This document shows, one piece after another, positions 18,230 through 28,216 of a DNA stretch of 55,062 bases (position 1 is the stretch's first letter; every line of letters starts with the position of its first letter). The translations under genes and the position numbers were made by a program. The stretch lies in the sequence record DRR723986_11243. One strand, 5' to 3'. The notes under the pieces are model-generated. The model was not told the DNA's origin. It saw nothing but the letters and a program-made list of their open reading frames with translations, and did no database searches.

Positions 18230-19561
18230 ATGAGTAAAGTCGTTATAATTGGAAACGGAATATCAGGTGTAACCGCCGCACGACATATTCGAAAAAACAG
18301 TGATGACGAAATTATAATGATCTCAGCTGAATCTGAGCATTTCTTTTCAAGAACGGCCCTAATGTATGTCTATATGGGACATATGAGATTCCAAGACATT
18401 AAGCCTTATGAAGATTGGTTTTGGACGAAAAATCGGATTGAATTGGTGTTTGATTATGTTGAACACATTGAAACTGATAAAAAAGAGCTTCAATTAAAAT
18501 CTGGTGTCACATTAGCTTATGATAAATTGATCTTGGCTGTAGGATCTAAACCCAATAAATTTGGATGGCCAGGTCAAGATTTGCCTGGCGTACAAGGTCT
18601 GTATTCATATCAAGATTTGATAAGTATTGAAGAGAATTCTAAAAATGCAAAAAGAGCAGTAATTGTTGGGGGAGGATTGATAGGTGTTGAGCTTGCAGAG
18701 ATGATGCTGTCCAGAGGAATTGAAGTTACATTCTTGGTAAGAGAGTCTAAATTTTGGGGCAATGTATTACCCGAGCAAGAAGGCCGGTTAATATCAAAAC
18801 ATATTCTATCACATCATGTGGACCTGAGATTTGAAACCGAATTAGAAGAAATTATTGCAGGAGAAAATGGGAGAGTAGCTTCCATAAAAACCAAATCAGG
18901 CGAAATTATTGAGTGTGATATTGTTGGATTGACTGCCGGAGTATCTCCAAATGTGGCCATGGTGAAAGAAACGTCCATTGAGGTAGATAGAGGCATTAAA
19001 GTGAATAAGTTTCTGGAGACATCTGCTCCAGACGTCTATGCTATTGGAGATTGCGCTCAGTTTGATGAATCAATAAACGGTAGGAAAACGATTGAGCAGG
19101 TTTGGTATACTGGCAGAATCATGGGAGAGACTGTTGCACAAACTGTTACTGGAAATAAAATGGCTTATAATCCAGGTCCTTGGTTTAATTCAGCCAAATT
19201 TTTTGATATAGAATATCAAACATACGGATGGGTTTATTCCAAGTTGAGAGATGGTGAAACAGATTTTTACTGGGAGCATACTAATGGTACGATTTGTATG
19301 CATTTCGTATGGGATAAAAACACAAATGAATTCAAAGGGATAAACGTTTTTGGAATAAGATTAAGACACGACTTATTTGATCAATGGTTGAGAGCAAAAG
19401 CTTCAATTGATGAAGTGATGAGTGAATTGAGAACGGCAAATTTTGACCCGGAATTCTACCACACTTTTGAAAAAGAGATTATCGATCAGTTTAACTCGCA
19501 TACTGGAAAAAATATTAGTCTAAAGCCAAAACAGTGGTGGCGTAATCTTTTGAAAAAATGA
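18230..19561 (+). CDS. NAD(P)/FAD-dependent oxidoreductase (ferredoxin/rubredoxin reductase-like)
   Basis: IIGNGISG, YDKLILAVGS, IVGGGLIGVE, TSAPDVYAIGD. Confidence 0.92.
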   Translation: MSKVVIIGNGISGVTAARHIRKNSDDEIIMISAESEHFFSRTALMYVYMGHMRFQDIKPYEDWFWTKNRIELVFDYVEHIETDKKELQLKSGVTLAYDKLILAVGSKPNKFGWPGQDLPGVQGLYSYQDLISIEENSKNAKRAVIVGGGLIGVELAEMMLSRGIEVTFLVRESKFWGNVLPEQEGRLISKHILSHHVDLRFETELEEIIAGENGRVASIKTKSGEIIECDIVGLTAGVSPNVAMVKETSIEVDRGIKVNKFLETSAPDVYAIGDCAQFDESINGRKTIEQVWYTGRIMGETVAQTVTGNKMAYNPGPWFNSAKFFDIEYQTYGWVYSKLRDGETDFYWEHTNGTICMHFVWDKNTNEFKGINVFGIRLRHDLFDQWLRAKASIDEVMSELRTANFDPEFYHTFEKEIIDQFNSHTGKNISLKPKQWWRNLLKK

Positions 19562-21399
19562 ATATGAAGAATTTAAAAAGATTAGGCTTCGTCATATTCC
19601 TCTCAGGAATTTTATTGTTTACAGTAAACATCTTTCTTGGTGATTACCAATTTAATGAAGCTAAAATTTCAGGGTATTTTGATAGCACACCAGATGTAAT
19701 TGACGCCGGTGACACCATTTCAGAAGGATTCATTGATGCCATTCAACAATATGAAGCAACCAATTCAGCTTCCTATTCAAACATGATCATGTTCAATGCT
19801 GCTTTGGTTGATATTATAGGCAGACATAATCATAACATTTCAGAAGCATTGGCAGAAACGGATGGTATTTCTGATAAAGATGTAAGGTCAGTGGTTGATT
19901 TAGCAAGTGCTTCTGGTACCGTAGAGTATTCTGAAGAAATTATTCGCACTGCCCTTGAGAACAATGAATCTAAAATCAAGATGTTGGTAGATAACACGTC
20001 TTGGATGTACACGGAGTCGCGAGAATATGCGGATGTTTCTGAATTTGAATCAACCTTACAATCAAAAGTAGATGAATTGAACCAAAACGTTGGAACTACC
20101 TATCACATATCGGCTGAACCTTGGTCATTGCTCAATATCAATAAGGCTATGGTTGAAAGCGGGGCTAAATCGTCTACATGGCTTTGGTTCTTTTTGACTT
20201 TTGGTTTAATGATCATAGGATCGGTAATCTATAACGGAACGAATTATAAACTTTTGGGCCAAGCTGGAATTAAAAATGATGGCATTTATCACGAAAGCGC
20301 GACAAATCGTGGATGGGTAGCTTGGATTGTGTTGCTCTTTCTAGTTGGGTTTTATGTTGCACTTTATTTTTATCCTCAGTTCATTGCCAATGCGGTATTG
20401 TTGGTTGATCCAATAAGCGAAGGATTAAGTGGAAATCCAGCCAGTCAATGGTTTTTGTATGGATTTATCTATTGTGTTGCCATGTCAGTTATGGCAATTA
20501 GAATGTACATTAAATACAGACATAACCGCTACCAAATGTTTAGAACTACGGTAGTGTTGTTCTTTCAAATCGCCTTTGCATTTATCATTCCTGAATTGTT
20601 GGTTCGATTCAACATGCCTTATTACGATTTTAAAAATGCATGGCCATTAGATTATGATTTTTTCTTTACCTATAATATCAATAACCTTATAGATAATGGA
20701 ACTTTAGGGATATTTATGTTGGTTTGGGGAATCATCCTAACCTTGATTATCGTACCGATAATGGTTTACTTTTTTGGAAAACGCTGGTATTGCTCCTGGG
20801 TTTGTGGATGTGGAGGATTAGCCGAAACTTTAGGCGATCCTTACCGTCAATTGTCTAATAAAAAAATGTGGGCTTGGAAATTGGAGCGTTGGTTGATTCA
20901 TGGCGTCTTAGTCTTCGCCATATTAATGACTGTTTTAGTGTTGTATACTTTCTTTACTGGAGCGGGTACAATTTTTGGGATCGATACTTATTATGTAAGT
21001 GTTGTGTACGGATTCTTGATTGGTTCAATATTCTCTGGAGTGATCGGGACAGGGTTTTATCCAATATTCGGAAACAGAACATGGTGTCGTTTTGGATGTC
21101 CATTAGCGGCTTACATGGGATTGGTGCAACGGTTTAAATCAAGGTTTAGAATCACAACGAATGGTGGACAATGCATTTCCTGCGGAAACTGTTCGACTTA
21201 CTGCGAACAAGGTATTGATGTCAGAGCATATGCTCAAAAAGGACAAAATATAGTGCGGTCTTCATGTGTTGGATGTGGAGTTTGTTCGGCAGTTTGTCCA
21301 AGAGGAGTTTTGAAGTTAGAAAATGGTCCTGAAGAAGGTAGGTTTGGAAATGAAGGACCAATTGTTCTGGGTAATGACGGATTTGAATTGAATAATTAA
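19558..21399 (+). CDS. Membrane 4Fe-4S binding protein (NapH/YccM-like polyferredoxin)
   Basis: Multiple TM helices, RWYCSWVCGCGG, RTWCRFGCP, CISCGNCSTYC and CVGCGVCSAVCP; ATGA overlap with upstream gene. Confidence 0.88.
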   Translation: MNMKNLKRLGFVIFLSGILLFTVNIFLGDYQFNEAKISGYFDSTPDVIDAGDTISEGFIDAIQQYEATNSASYSNMIMFNAALVDIIGRHNHNISEALAETDGISDKDVRSVVDLASASGTVEYSEEIIRTALENNESKIKMLVDNTSWMYTESREYADVSEFESTLQSKVDELNQNVGTTYHISAEPWSLLNINKAMVESGAKSSTWLWFFLTFGLMIIGSVIYNGTNYKLLGQAGIKNDGIYHESATNRGWVAWIVLLFLVGFYVALYFYPQFIANAVLLVDPISEGLSGNPASQWFLYGFIYCVAMSVMAIRMYIKYRHNRYQMFRTTVVLFFQIAFAFIIPELLVRFNMPYYDFKNAWPLDYDFFFTYNINNLIDNGTLGIFMLVWGIILTLIIVPIMVYFFGKRWYCSWVCGCGGLAETLGDPYRQLSNKKMWAWKLERWLIHGVLVFAILMTVLVLYTFFTGAGTIFGIDTYYVSVVYGFLIGSIFSGVIGTGFYPIFGNRTWCRFGCPLAAYMGLVQRFKSRFRITTNGGQCISCGNCSTYCEQGIDVRAYAQKGQNIVRSSCVGCGVCSAVCPRGVLKLENGPEEGRFGNEGPIVLGNDGFELNN

Positions 21400-22217
21400 A
21401 ATCTGTCTAGATCCTTATCAATAGCCGCTTTTAGTTTCTGCGCCAATTCCAAATCATTAGATTCTTTTGTGGTTTTAGTTACTTTACTGTTCGCATAATA
21501 TTCACCTGATTGAAGCTCATCTGCTGGAGTTTCTATAAGGTAACTAAGCGTTCTGGAGCCTTTTTCCGCGGACTTACCAATTATATAAAAAATAGCTCTT
21601 GAAAACCATCCGAACTTGTTGCCTAAGTTAGTTCTTACTACACCAGGGTGTTGTGAACAAAAAGTAATTTGAGGTTGATTGACAGCAAAAAGACGACACA
21701 TTAATATAACTCCAAGCTTAGACTGACGGTAGGCTTTAAATCCACTCCATGCTTTACGAAATTCAATATCGTTAAAGTTAATAGAACCTTGGTGTAAGCC
21801 AGATGAGGTGATGATATATTTAGGTTTATCGGCCTTGTTTAACAATGGAATTAGATTTTCTAGGATGAAAATAGGTATCAATAAATTTACCTGATAAGTT
21901 TCCTCAAAACCGTCTGAAGTCTCGTTAAAGTTTGAATTCCACATCCCGGCATTGTTCACTAAAATATCAAGATGTTCGTATTTATTTTTCACTTCTTTTA
22001 GAGCATTCTGAACACTTTCAATGGAGCTTAGATCACATAGGATGAAGTCGGTTTTGAACGGGGTATCACCATATTTTTCTTGAAATTGTCTTTTAAATTT
22101 AATGTCAGAATCTTTTTTCCGTGCGAGAATTATAAGGTGATGGCCTTCGCTTGCAGCTTTTAATGCAGAGATTAATCCTAGGCCTGAAGTGGCACCAGTA
22201 AAAAGAATTGTCTTCAT
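21396..22217 (-). CDS. SDR family oxidoreductase (retinol dehydrogenase-like)
   Basis: TGATSGLG, CDLSS, NNAG, YRQSK, HPGVVRT. Confidence 0.92.
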   Translation of the reverse strand: MKTILFTGATSGLGLISALKAASEGHHLIILARKKDSDIKFKRQFQEKYGDTPFKTDFILCDLSSIESVQNALKEVKNKYEHLDILVNNAGMWNSNFNETSDGFEETYQVNLLIPIFILENLIPLLNKADKPKYIITSSGLHQGSINFNDIEFRKAWSGFKAYRQSKLGVILMCRLFAVNQPQITFCSQHPGVVRTNLGNKFGWFSRAIFYIIGKSAEKGSRTLSYLIETPADELQSGEYYANSKVTKTTKESNDLELAQKLKAAIDKDLDRF

Positions 22218-22271
22218 GAGTTAGGCAAATTTGGGTTTCGATTGTTAAGACGATTTAGGCCAAATGATATT

Positions 22272-22628
22272 TTAGTCTTTTCTGAAAATAAAATGAGTGC
22301 CTTGTAAATTTTGGAGTACCAAAATGACTTCCTCTTCGGTCCACTTTACAATAAAATATTCGGCAACTTCATTTCCGTAAATAATAAATTCGTTATCACC
22401 CACTTTACGCCATTGACCGCCATAATTCAACTCTTCAGTGGCTTCAATTACACAGCCAGTATAACCTCCCGGGCTGATGAATGATCTGCATTCAAAACTT
22501 GTAACCGCAGAGGAATCAGCAAGATTCAACATACTTACCATCTTGTAACTGTTGGCATAATCTACAGTGTCTTGAGCCATACTATTGAATCCAATCAAAC
22601 AGCATATGAAAAGGAAAAATTGTTTCAT
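22272..22628 (-). CDS. Secreted hypothetical protein (possibly lipocalin-like)
   Basis: Signal peptide ending SMAQ, beta-strand pattern with GQW. Confidence 0.65.
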   Translation of the reverse strand: MKQFFLFICCLIGFNSMAQDTVDYANSYKMVSMLNLADSSAVTSFECRSFISPGGYTGCVIEATEELNYGGQWRKVGDNEFIIYGNEVAEYFIVKWTEEEVILVLQNLQGTHFIFRKD

Positions 22629-22647
22629 GCCATCAAATTAACACATT

Positions 22648-23172
22648 TTATGCCAGTTTCCAATACCGAACACTGGCTGCATCAAATAAAAAGCTTAAGC
22701 CAATTAAATCAGGAAATTCTTCAGAAGCAACCAAGACTACTTCTGCAAACTGACAATCCATTACATCTTCATCTGTCCAATCAAAAAAATCAATGAATTT
22801 GAAACTGTTTTGATCTGTTTTGATCCAGATGTAATCGTAATTGTATTCGTCATTTTCAACTTTGGCAACCATTGCTCTGTATCCCAAAGGTCCTATTACG
22901 GGCTGAACCTGTAATTCATTGTAATAAACGTCTTGCTCAGGTTTTATTGTCTCACCAAATTCATGAATCAACACCAATGAGGTAAATAGTGTTTCTCGGA
23001 TGTGTTGATAATACTCAATCTTTACCTCTCCATTTTCAGGGTCATTATTTACTTGATTGAGAAAGTAATCGTTCCATAATTGACGCACACAATTCCTATA
23101 CTTCAATAGGATAGGAGTTATATCGGTCATTTGAACTTCTCTACTAACTCTTTCGGCTGTTGTTTCTGACAT
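22648..23172 (-). CDS. Hypothetical acidic cytoplasmic protein
   Basis: Open frame in a minus-strand gene run; start 23172 or 23130; motifs YRNCVRQLWNDYF and FIDFFDW. Confidence 0.7.
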   Translation of the reverse strand: MSETTAERVSREVQMTDITPILLKYRNCVRQLWNDYFLNQVNNDPENGEVKIEYYQHIRETLFTSLVLIHEFGETIKPEQDVYYNELQVQPVIGPLGYRAMVAKVENDEYNYDYIWIKTDQNSFKFIDFFDWTDEDVMDCQFAEVVLVASEEFPDLIGLSFLFDAASVRYWKLA

Positions 23173-23211
23173 AAGAAGCAATTTAAGAAAATTCAATTAA
23201 GATTTAGTAAC

Positions 23212-23871
23212 TTATTTTGGACAGTTGTTCCAATCTATTCTTAAGCCCATAGTTCCCTTTAAACGATAACCTAAAGATTGTGTATTGGTGATATCAACGA
23301 AATAAGACCCAATTGCTTTAGAAGGGTCGATTTTATATTGGTCTCTTGGCATTAGACGAACGGTATCAATAATTCCAGGTAAAAGATCTACATGCATGCC
23401 GTTTTTACGCTCCATCTTTTTTACAAAACTTTTCAAACTTTTTGTTTGATAGGGATCACTAGCCAATGCAACTTTTTCAAAACCTAAATCTTTCGCTATA
23501 CATGAAGAATAAAATACATTTTCGGTACTGTGCTCGGCAGTTGAATCCATAAAAATATGTTCTTCTGGAATGCCCATTTCAATAGCGTATAACTTCATGA
23601 TTTTACATTCGGCGTATTTGGTGTAAACCGCACCTCCAGAAAAAATGATGTTTTTTGTTAAGCCCTGCTCCCAAACGTATTGCGCCCATAATACTCTTAG
23701 CTGCATGTTTCTGCTCCAGGTTGAATCTTCAAACGGAACACCAGGAACAATAATGGCATCATACACAGTGCCAGCTTCTTGTGCAGCTATTAAATATTTT
23801 TCAGGCTTTGAAATTTTACAGGAAGAAAAAAGTAATAGTAATCCTAACAAATAAAAAGTAAATGATCTCAT
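23212..23871 (-). CDS. YdcF/DUF218 family lipoprotein
   Basis: Lipobox FSSC, DAIIVPG, IIFSGG, AEHSTEN. Confidence 0.88.
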   Translation of the reverse strand: MRSFTFYLLGLLLLFSSCKISKPEKYLIAAQEAGTVYDAIIVPGVPFEDSTWSRNMQLRVLWAQYVWEQGLTKNIIFSGGAVYTKYAECKIMKLYAIEMGIPEEHIFMDSTAEHSTENVFYSSCIAKDLGFEKVALASDPYQTKSLKSFVKKMERKNGMHVDLLPGIIDTVRLMPRDQYKIDPSKAIGSYFVDITNTQSLGYRLKGTMGLRIDWNNCPK

Positions 23872-23925
23872 AAATACTCAAACAAAATAGAATCAAATAA
23901 GTTCGATTACTTCTTTAATTGATTT

Positions 23926-25056
23926 TTAGTTCTGAACAATCAATTTATCTGCTAAAACTTCTCGATTGACAGTCATTTTTATCAAATAAGTTCCAAATGC
24001 AAGGTCCAAATTGATTATCTCATTTGAAACATCAATCAGTTGCTCTTTTTTTAATAATTGACCATTCATACTGTAGATTTCTAGATTCACTTTTGGTTGA
24101 ATACTTGTGAAATTGATATTTATTTGATCACTCTCAGCGTTGTAATAAATTGAATAAGATTGATCGATAATGTCATCTATATTGACTACACAATTATGAC
24201 TTAGCGAGGCGGTAGCATCTTTGAACATATTTGCGGGAGGATTAACAACGTCAATGTCAGGATCAACTTGAATACAGGTTAAATCTGGGTTTACCTGGGC
24301 ATTGAATAAAATCAAATTACTATTATTTCCATTGGCTACATTCAGTGAAGTCAGTGAATTGTAGTTACATTCCATTGATGTCAACCCCGACATATTTGAT
24401 AAATCTAAACTTGTTATAGAATTGAAAGCGCAGGCTAGAGTAGTGATCGCATTATTATTGGATAAATCCAATGCTGTCAGTGAATTTGAAGAGCATCCTA
24501 AATTTGTTAGTGCAGTGTTTGATGATAGGTTAATTGAGGTAACCGAATTGCTAAAAAATGAGAGAGATGTCAAATTAACATTTGTTGAAACATCCAAACT
24601 CGTCAATTGATTTTGATGACAGCTTAAGTTAGTAAGTAGAGTATTGGTGCTAACTGATAAAGTAGAAATAGAATTCCCACCGCAATTTAAATCAGTTAAA
24701 TTGGTATTTGCGCTTACGTTTAATGCCGTTAATTGATTGCTGTGACAATGCAATGTTGTAAGGGCCGTACAATTAGAAATATTGATTGTGGTCAAGGTGT
24801 TGAAACTACAATCCAAATATGTTGCATTGGTAAAAGCTTCTATACCAGTTAAGTCAGAAATACCTTGACTTGATGCTAGAATGCCCCCGGTATATGCTGT
24901 TGCTTCCGAAACTTGAATTTCTGTATCAGAATTGGTGTTGATACTTGAATTACCTACTAAGTATGCTTTGAAGTTGGCGTCCGGAATCGTTACAATTTGA
25001 GCATTGATTGATCCTGCAAAGACAGAACATAAAATTAAAGAGTAAAATATTTTCAT
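23926..25056 (-). CDS. Leucine-rich-repeat (internalin-like) protein with T9SS type A C-terminal domain
   Basis: Signal peptide; IPDANFKAYL cap; about eight 21-aa LTxLxCxxNxLTxL repeats; CTD IYSMNGQ...GTYLIK...KLIV. Confidence 0.9.
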   Translation of the reverse strand: MKIFYSLILCSVFAGSINAQIVTIPDANFKAYLVGNSSINTNSDTEIQVSEATAYTGGILASSQGISDLTGIEAFTNATYLDCSFNTLTTINISNCTALTTLHCHSNQLTALNVSANTNLTDLNCGGNSISTLSVSTNTLLTNLSCHQNQLTSLDVSTNVNLTSLSFFSNSVTSINLSSNTALTNLGCSSNSLTALDLSNNNAITTLACAFNSITSLDLSNMSGLTSMECNYNSLTSLNVANGNNSNLILFNAQVNPDLTCIQVDPDIDVVNPPANMFKDATASLSHNCVVNIDDIIDQSYSIYYNAESDQININFTSIQPKVNLEIYSMNGQLLKKEQLIDVSNEIINLDLAFGTYLIKMTVNREVLADKLIVQN

Positions 25057-25107
25057 AAGGCAAATTTTAAAGTTTAACCCAATATAACGAAACTTAGGAC
25101 AATGGAC

Positions 25108-25479
25108 CTATCTGTGCTGATCAATTAAGATCACATTGCCGTCAGGATCTTTCAACATGATGCTTGCAGGCCCAGTAGTTTCTTCATCCGCTTCCATATC
25201 TAATTTGACATCAGCAGCTTTTAACTCTCTTTGAATGTCTCTTACGTCATCAAATTCTTCTAAGTTTTCAGCGTTTTGATCCCATCCAGGATTAAAAGTG
25301 AGGATATTCCCTTCAAACATGCCTTGAAACAAACCTATCAATGAATCTTCATTTTTCATAATAAGATAATTCATTTCCATTCCACCCCCAAATTCTTTGA
25401 ATCCAAATTTTTCGTAAAATTCTTTAGATTCTTGAAGGTCTTTAACATTGAGACTCACTGAAAATGCTCCTAGTTTCAT
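25108..25479 (-). CDS. VOC/glyoxalase family protein
   Basis: SLNVKDLQESKEFYEKFGF...DPDGNVILIDQH; start refined to MKLGAF. Confidence 0.9.
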   Translation of the reverse strand: MKLGAFSVSLNVKDLQESKEFYEKFGFKEFGGGMEMNYLIMKNEDSLIGLFQGMFEGNILTFNPGWDQNAENLEEFDDVRDIQRELKAADVKLDMEADEETTGPASIMLKDPDGNVILIDQHR

Positions 25480-25583
25480 AATTTGATTTTTAATTGAACC
25501 TAAAAATAGGGATAATTCTGTTTTCTGTAAGTAAAATTGAGAATTGACGACCGAATGAAAATATTTCTCATCTTTGAAAGCGC

Positions 25584-26279
25584 ATGTCAAATCAGCCCAA
25601 AATAGTCGTTATTATTCCAGCAGTTAATGAAGAAGGATCAATCGGTAAAGTGGTAGATGAAATTCCGAAAGACTTAGTGGACGAGATCTTGGTTTGTAAC
25701 AATGGGTCTACAGATAAGACAAAAGAAGTGGCAATTGGGGCAGGAGCAACGGTTTTGGATGAAGAAAGACCAGGTTATGGATGGGCCTGTTTAAAGGGGA
25801 TGGAATATGCGAGTCAAATGACTGTAAAGCCCGATATCATTTGTTTTATAGATGGCGATTATTCTGATTATCCTGAAGAAATGAGGGCGGTAGTTGCTCC
25901 AATAATTGAGCAGGATATGGATATGGTGATAGGATCAAGAGCTTTAGGTCAAAAAGAGAAAGGTTCAATGACTTTTCCGCAACGATTTGGAAATTGGTTG
26001 GCAACCAGAATGATGCGATTATTTCACCGTGTTCGTTATACTGATTTGGGTCCCTTTAGAGCCATAAAATTTGATAAGTTGATGGATCTTGGTATGGTGG
26101 ATAAGACCTACGGTTGGACCATTGAAATGCAAATAAAAGCTGGTAAAAAGAAACTGAAAACATGTGAAGTTCCGGTGAATTATAAAAAGCGAATCGGTCA
26201 TTCTAAAGTGTCAGGTACGGTTAAAGGTACTATTGGAGCAGGGTACAAGATTATCCTGACAATATTTAAGTATTTATAA
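25584..26279 (+). CDS. Glycosyltransferase family 2 (DPM/DPG synthase-like)
   Basis: IIPAVNEE, NNGSTD, GYGWAC, DGDYSD, VIGSR, TDLGPFRAI. Confidence 0.92.
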   Translation: MSNQPKIVVIIPAVNEEGSIGKVVDEIPKDLVDEILVCNNGSTDKTKEVAIGAGATVLDEERPGYGWACLKGMEYASQMTVKPDIICFIDGDYSDYPEEMRAVVAPIIEQDMDMVIGSRALGQKEKGSMTFPQRFGNWLATRMMRLFHRVRYTDLGPFRAIKFDKLMDLGMVDKTYGWTIEMQIKAGKKKLKTCEVPVNYKKRIGHSKVSGTVKGTIGAGYKIILTIFKYL

Positions 26280-26458
26280 TTCCAAAAAAAGAAAGTATTT
26301 GTGCCTTGTCAACATCTTTTTAACACAGGTAATTTCAAGTTTTTAGTCTTTAAACCTTAATGTTCAAGCGCTTCTGGCTTGCTTATTGAAGTTATTAACA
26401 ATTGCCGAATCTAGGCCTTATTTGGCTATCTTTACAGACTATTCAATTAAGAATTTTT

Positions 26459-27259
26459 ATGGGGAAAATAATCGCAATTACCAATCAAAAAGGGGGAGTA
26501 GGGAAAACCACAACAGCCATTAATTTAGGCGCTAGTTTTGGTGTGCTTGAGTATAAAACATTGATTGTTGATGCTGATCCCCAAGCAAATGCTACTTCAG
26601 GTGTAGGTTTTGATCCGAGAAACGTAGAAAAATCAGTTTACGATTGTTTGATTAATGAAACTAATCCAAGAGATTTAATTATTGAAACTGAAAATCCGAA
26701 TTTGGATATCATTCCTGCTCATATTGATTTGGTGGGTGCTGAATTGGAGTTAATCAACGAATCTAATAGAGAGCATAAATTAAAATTGGCACTTGATCAA
26801 ATCAAAGATGACTACGATTTTATCATTATTGATTGTTCACCATCTTTAGGATTGATTACTGTGAATGCCTTGACTGCTGCTGATTCTGTGTTAGTACCTG
26901 TTCAATGTGAATATTTCGCATTAGAAGGATTAGGTAAATTATTGAATACCATCAAAATCGTTCAAAGTAGATTGAATGAAGATTTGGATATGGAAGGTAT
27001 AGTATTAACCATGTACGATACAAGATTGCGCTTAGCTAACCAAGTGGTTGATGAAGTTAAAACGCATTTCCAAGAATTGGTTTTCAATACAATCATCCAT
27101 AGAAATACGCGTTTAGGTGAAGCTCCAAGCTTCGGTGAGACGATTATAATGCATGATGCTACCTGTAAAGGATCAATCAATTACTTGAACTTCGCCAGAG
27201 AAATTCTTCAGAAGAATGACTTGACGAAAATGAAAAATAAAGATAAACAACTGATTTAA
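26459..27259 (+). CDS. parA: Chromosome partitioning ATPase ParA/Soj
   Basis: NQKGGVGKTTT deviant Walker A, DADPQANAT, IIDCSPSLG, PVQCEYFALEG; start refined to MGKII. Confidence 0.96.
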   Translation: MGKIIAITNQKGGVGKTTTAINLGASFGVLEYKTLIVDADPQANATSGVGFDPRNVEKSVYDCLINETNPRDLIIETENPNLDIIPAHIDLVGAELELINESNREHKLKLALDQIKDDYDFIIIDCSPSLGLITVNALTAADSVLVPVQCEYFALEGLGKLLNTIKIVQSRLNEDLDMEGIVLTMYDTRLRLANQVVDEVKTHFQELVFNTIIHRNTRLGEAPSFGETIIMHDATCKGSINYLNFAREILQKNDLTKMKNKDKQLI

Positions 27260-27269
27260 GAGATACGGA

Positions 27270-28178
27270 ATGACGAAGAAAAGGGCCCTAGGTAAAGGAT
27301 TAAGCGCATTACTTGAAAATGCAAATACGGATATCACCACAAAAAATATTGGGGTAGAGGGAAAAACAGTTGGTTCTATTGCCATGATTTCTATTGATCG
27401 GATAGAGGCAAATCCCTGGAATCCAAGAACTAGTTTCGAAGAAGAAGCCTTGGAAGAGTTGAAAGATTCGATTTCAAATCACGGAATTATTCAGCCGCTA
27501 ACAGTTAGAAAACTTGGTAGAGATAAATATCAGTTAATTTCAGGTGAAAGAAGGTTTAGAGCATCTCAATTGGCAGGCCTAGAAGAAGTGCCATGTTATA
27601 TTCGAATTGCGAACGATCAAACCATGCTAGAAATGGCATTGGTTGAAAACATCCAAAGAGAAGACTTAAATGCGATAGAGGTTGGGTTATCTTATCAAAG
27701 ATTAATTGATGAGTGTAATTTGACGCAAGAAAAATTGAGTCAAAAATTGGGTAAAAGCCGATCTAACATTACGAATTTCTTAAGATTGCTAAAGTTACCG
27801 GCGCCTGTGCAGGTTGGCATCAAAGAAGGGCTTATTTCTATGGGGCACGCAAGAGCTTTAGTTTCGGCTGGAGACGAAGACCGTCAAATAGATTTATTTA
27901 AACAAATTATTGCGGATGGGCTTTCAGTGAGAGACCTTGAGGCAGTAGTGAAAGGTGTTAAAAACGGTACCCCAGCTAATAAAACTAACGGTTCAACAAG
28001 TCCGAAAGCTGGAAATTATAATTTTGACCAACAGGCCATTTCGTATACCAATCGTTTGTCAGAAAAATTGAATGCAAAAGTTCAATTATCTGCTAATGAT
28101 AGTGGAAAAGGAAAATTAGTGATCAATTTTAACTCAGAAGAAGAGTTGACTGAAATCCTTGAAAAAATAGGAGATTAA
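27270..28178 (+). CDS. parB: Chromosome partitioning protein ParB/Spo0J
   Basis: ALGKGLSALL, GERRFRA, ENIQREDLN, HTH, GHARAL. Confidence 0.96.
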   Translation: MTKKRALGKGLSALLENANTDITTKNIGVEGKTVGSIAMISIDRIEANPWNPRTSFEEEALEELKDSISNHGIIQPLTVRKLGRDKYQLISGERRFRASQLAGLEEVPCYIRIANDQTMLEMALVENIQREDLNAIEVGLSYQRLIDECNLTQEKLSQKLGKSRSNITNFLRLLKLPAPVQVGIKEGLISMGHARALVSAGDEDRQIDLFKQIIADGLSVRDLEAVVKGVKNGTPANKTNGSTSPKAGNYNFDQQAISYTNRLSEKLNAKVQLSANDSGKGKLVINFNSEEELTEILEKIGD

Positions 28179-28180
28179 AA

Positions 28181-28205
28181 CAACATTTTCGCAGTTAATG
28201 CGTAA
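28181..28205 (+). promoter_or_regulatory. ECF-type promoter
   Basis: CAAC-N16-CGTAA between parB and the DUF5683 gene. Confidence 0.45.
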
Positions 28206-28216
28206 TCACAGATGTG

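Noticed and set aside
24330-24850. Periodic nucleotide repeats that might suggest a CRISPR array or tandem repeat
   Set aside because: The 63-nt periodicity is explained by degenerate LRR coding repeats; there are no identical repeats with unique spacers and no cas genes.
25480-25590. N-terminal extension of the VOC ORF (and similar extensions of parA, mscS, 9830 and 18158 ORFs)
   Set aside because: The extensions run through promoter or intergenic DNA; family-typical N-termini begin at downstream ATGs.
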